A stretch of DNA of 64,000 bases from Diadema antillarum (Eukaryota), in assembly GCF_040938485.1 (NCBI RefSeq), contig NW_027270903.1, forward strand, positions 7,006,001-7,070,000, written 5' to 3'. A program made the translations under genes and the position numbers. Positions 63,072 to 64,000 of this stretch are shown here, one piece after another. The notes beneath the pieces were generated by a model that ran no database searches, was not told where the DNA came from, and saw nothing but the letters and a program-made list of their open reading frames with translations. Numbering within the stretch: position 1 is the first letter of the stretch; each line of letters opens with the position of its first letter.

Positions 63072-63801
63072 CTGCAGTTTATAGTTCATTTGAAATGGGA
63101 CAAGAAGGTTATATGGCAAAAATAATGAGAATACAAAATGTATGGTCTATGCATTAAAATGGGAAAGCCTTCCACCTTAGCTCCCACCCCCACTTATTTT
63201 GCCATAAAATGGTACCACTCTGCATTATCCAACCCTTGCTACATGTAGCTTTATACAAATGTGGTCGGGCATCACCGAGGCTAGTGAGGGACAGTGCGCA
63301 TCCATGAGTACAGCCAACAGTATTCATCATACTGTGTATAGTGGCACTGGAAGGGTAGTACCTGGTCTGTTGTGGACAAGGGGACAATATTTGTTGGGGA
63401 GAGGACATACAATTGTACAAAGAAGCCTTTCATAATTCTGAAAATTGTCTACCACAGTATTAAAACTATTTACATAAACGTGACAATCAGATGGCTGTGA
63501 TTGAATTTGCATTTTTGTTTTGGTGTTAAAGAGCAAACCAAGCGAAACTGCCTAGATGATCATCATCAATATCATCATTTTTATGATGCCGATTCATGAT
63601 ACCAACTCTAAATTTGTTTGCCAATAACCAAAAATGTTAATTTTGTTCAACTCATCCTTGTGTATCACAGCATTTACAGTATGAAATCAATATCAATGTA
63701 GTTACTAGACAATGTTTATATTGTTAATATTTATATGAAAAAACTGTGGTTAATTGTGATGCATCCTTAATTGCAGTAACTTGTTCTGACAGTAGGCCTA
63801 C

Positions 63802-64000
63802 CTGTCAAGGGTGTATTTTCCTGGTCATCAGGATCTACCACAAGTGATATAGTCTCTTCAATTGCACCGTCATTTGGGGCCCACGTCTTCTGGTATTGAG
63901 CTATAGCCGTGTTCATGTCTCGCCGCTGACGAACAGCATCATCGAGCCATGTTTCCTTTTGAAGCCTCAGCTCAGCCTTGCGTTCGTCGGACGTTGTGGG
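63802..64000 (-). CDS. Sola-like gene, upstream exon (open at the window edge)
   Basis: PTTSDERKAELRLQKETWLDDAVRQRRDMNTAIAQYQKTW..TPLT G|gtaggc; stop-free and phase-compatible. Confidence 0.7.

Overview
Intron-rich eukaryotic (metazoan) genomic DNA. The repeat landscape and gene sequences suggest a marine invertebrate deuterostome, probably an echinoderm (inference). Four protein-coding loci can be reconstructed by hand with GT-AG junctions and consistent phases. (1) The last two coding exons of MTHFSD (+, 2262-3902). (2) A complete 15-coding-exon BRD10/KIAA2026 orthologue (+, 11383-41125, about 2273 aa) with a canonical bromodomain, DDT/WHIM-like motifs, AT-hooks and coding minisatellites. 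Its terminal exon is caught in a 1743-bp tandem duplication that appears exact. (3) RPS11 (-, 55610-49771, 155 aa, 5'TOP), hosting two SNORD35/U35-type C/D snoRNAs, one in intron 1 and one in intron 2. (4) The 3' part of a spliced, open-frame Sola-like (DNCxGxNK) DDD-transposase gene (-, >64000-60446). Introns and intergenic DNA are packed with MITEs (TTAA-target piggyBac- and Kolobok-like, PIF/Harbinger-like, TA-target, one Sola-like with AAAT TSD), Helentron-associated HINE/DINE-1-like elements, tRNA-derived SINEs and a LINE 3' fragment. There is one 135-N assembly gap. No CRISPR array, rRNA or convincing tRNA gene was found. All homology calls are from recalled family motifs, not database searches.
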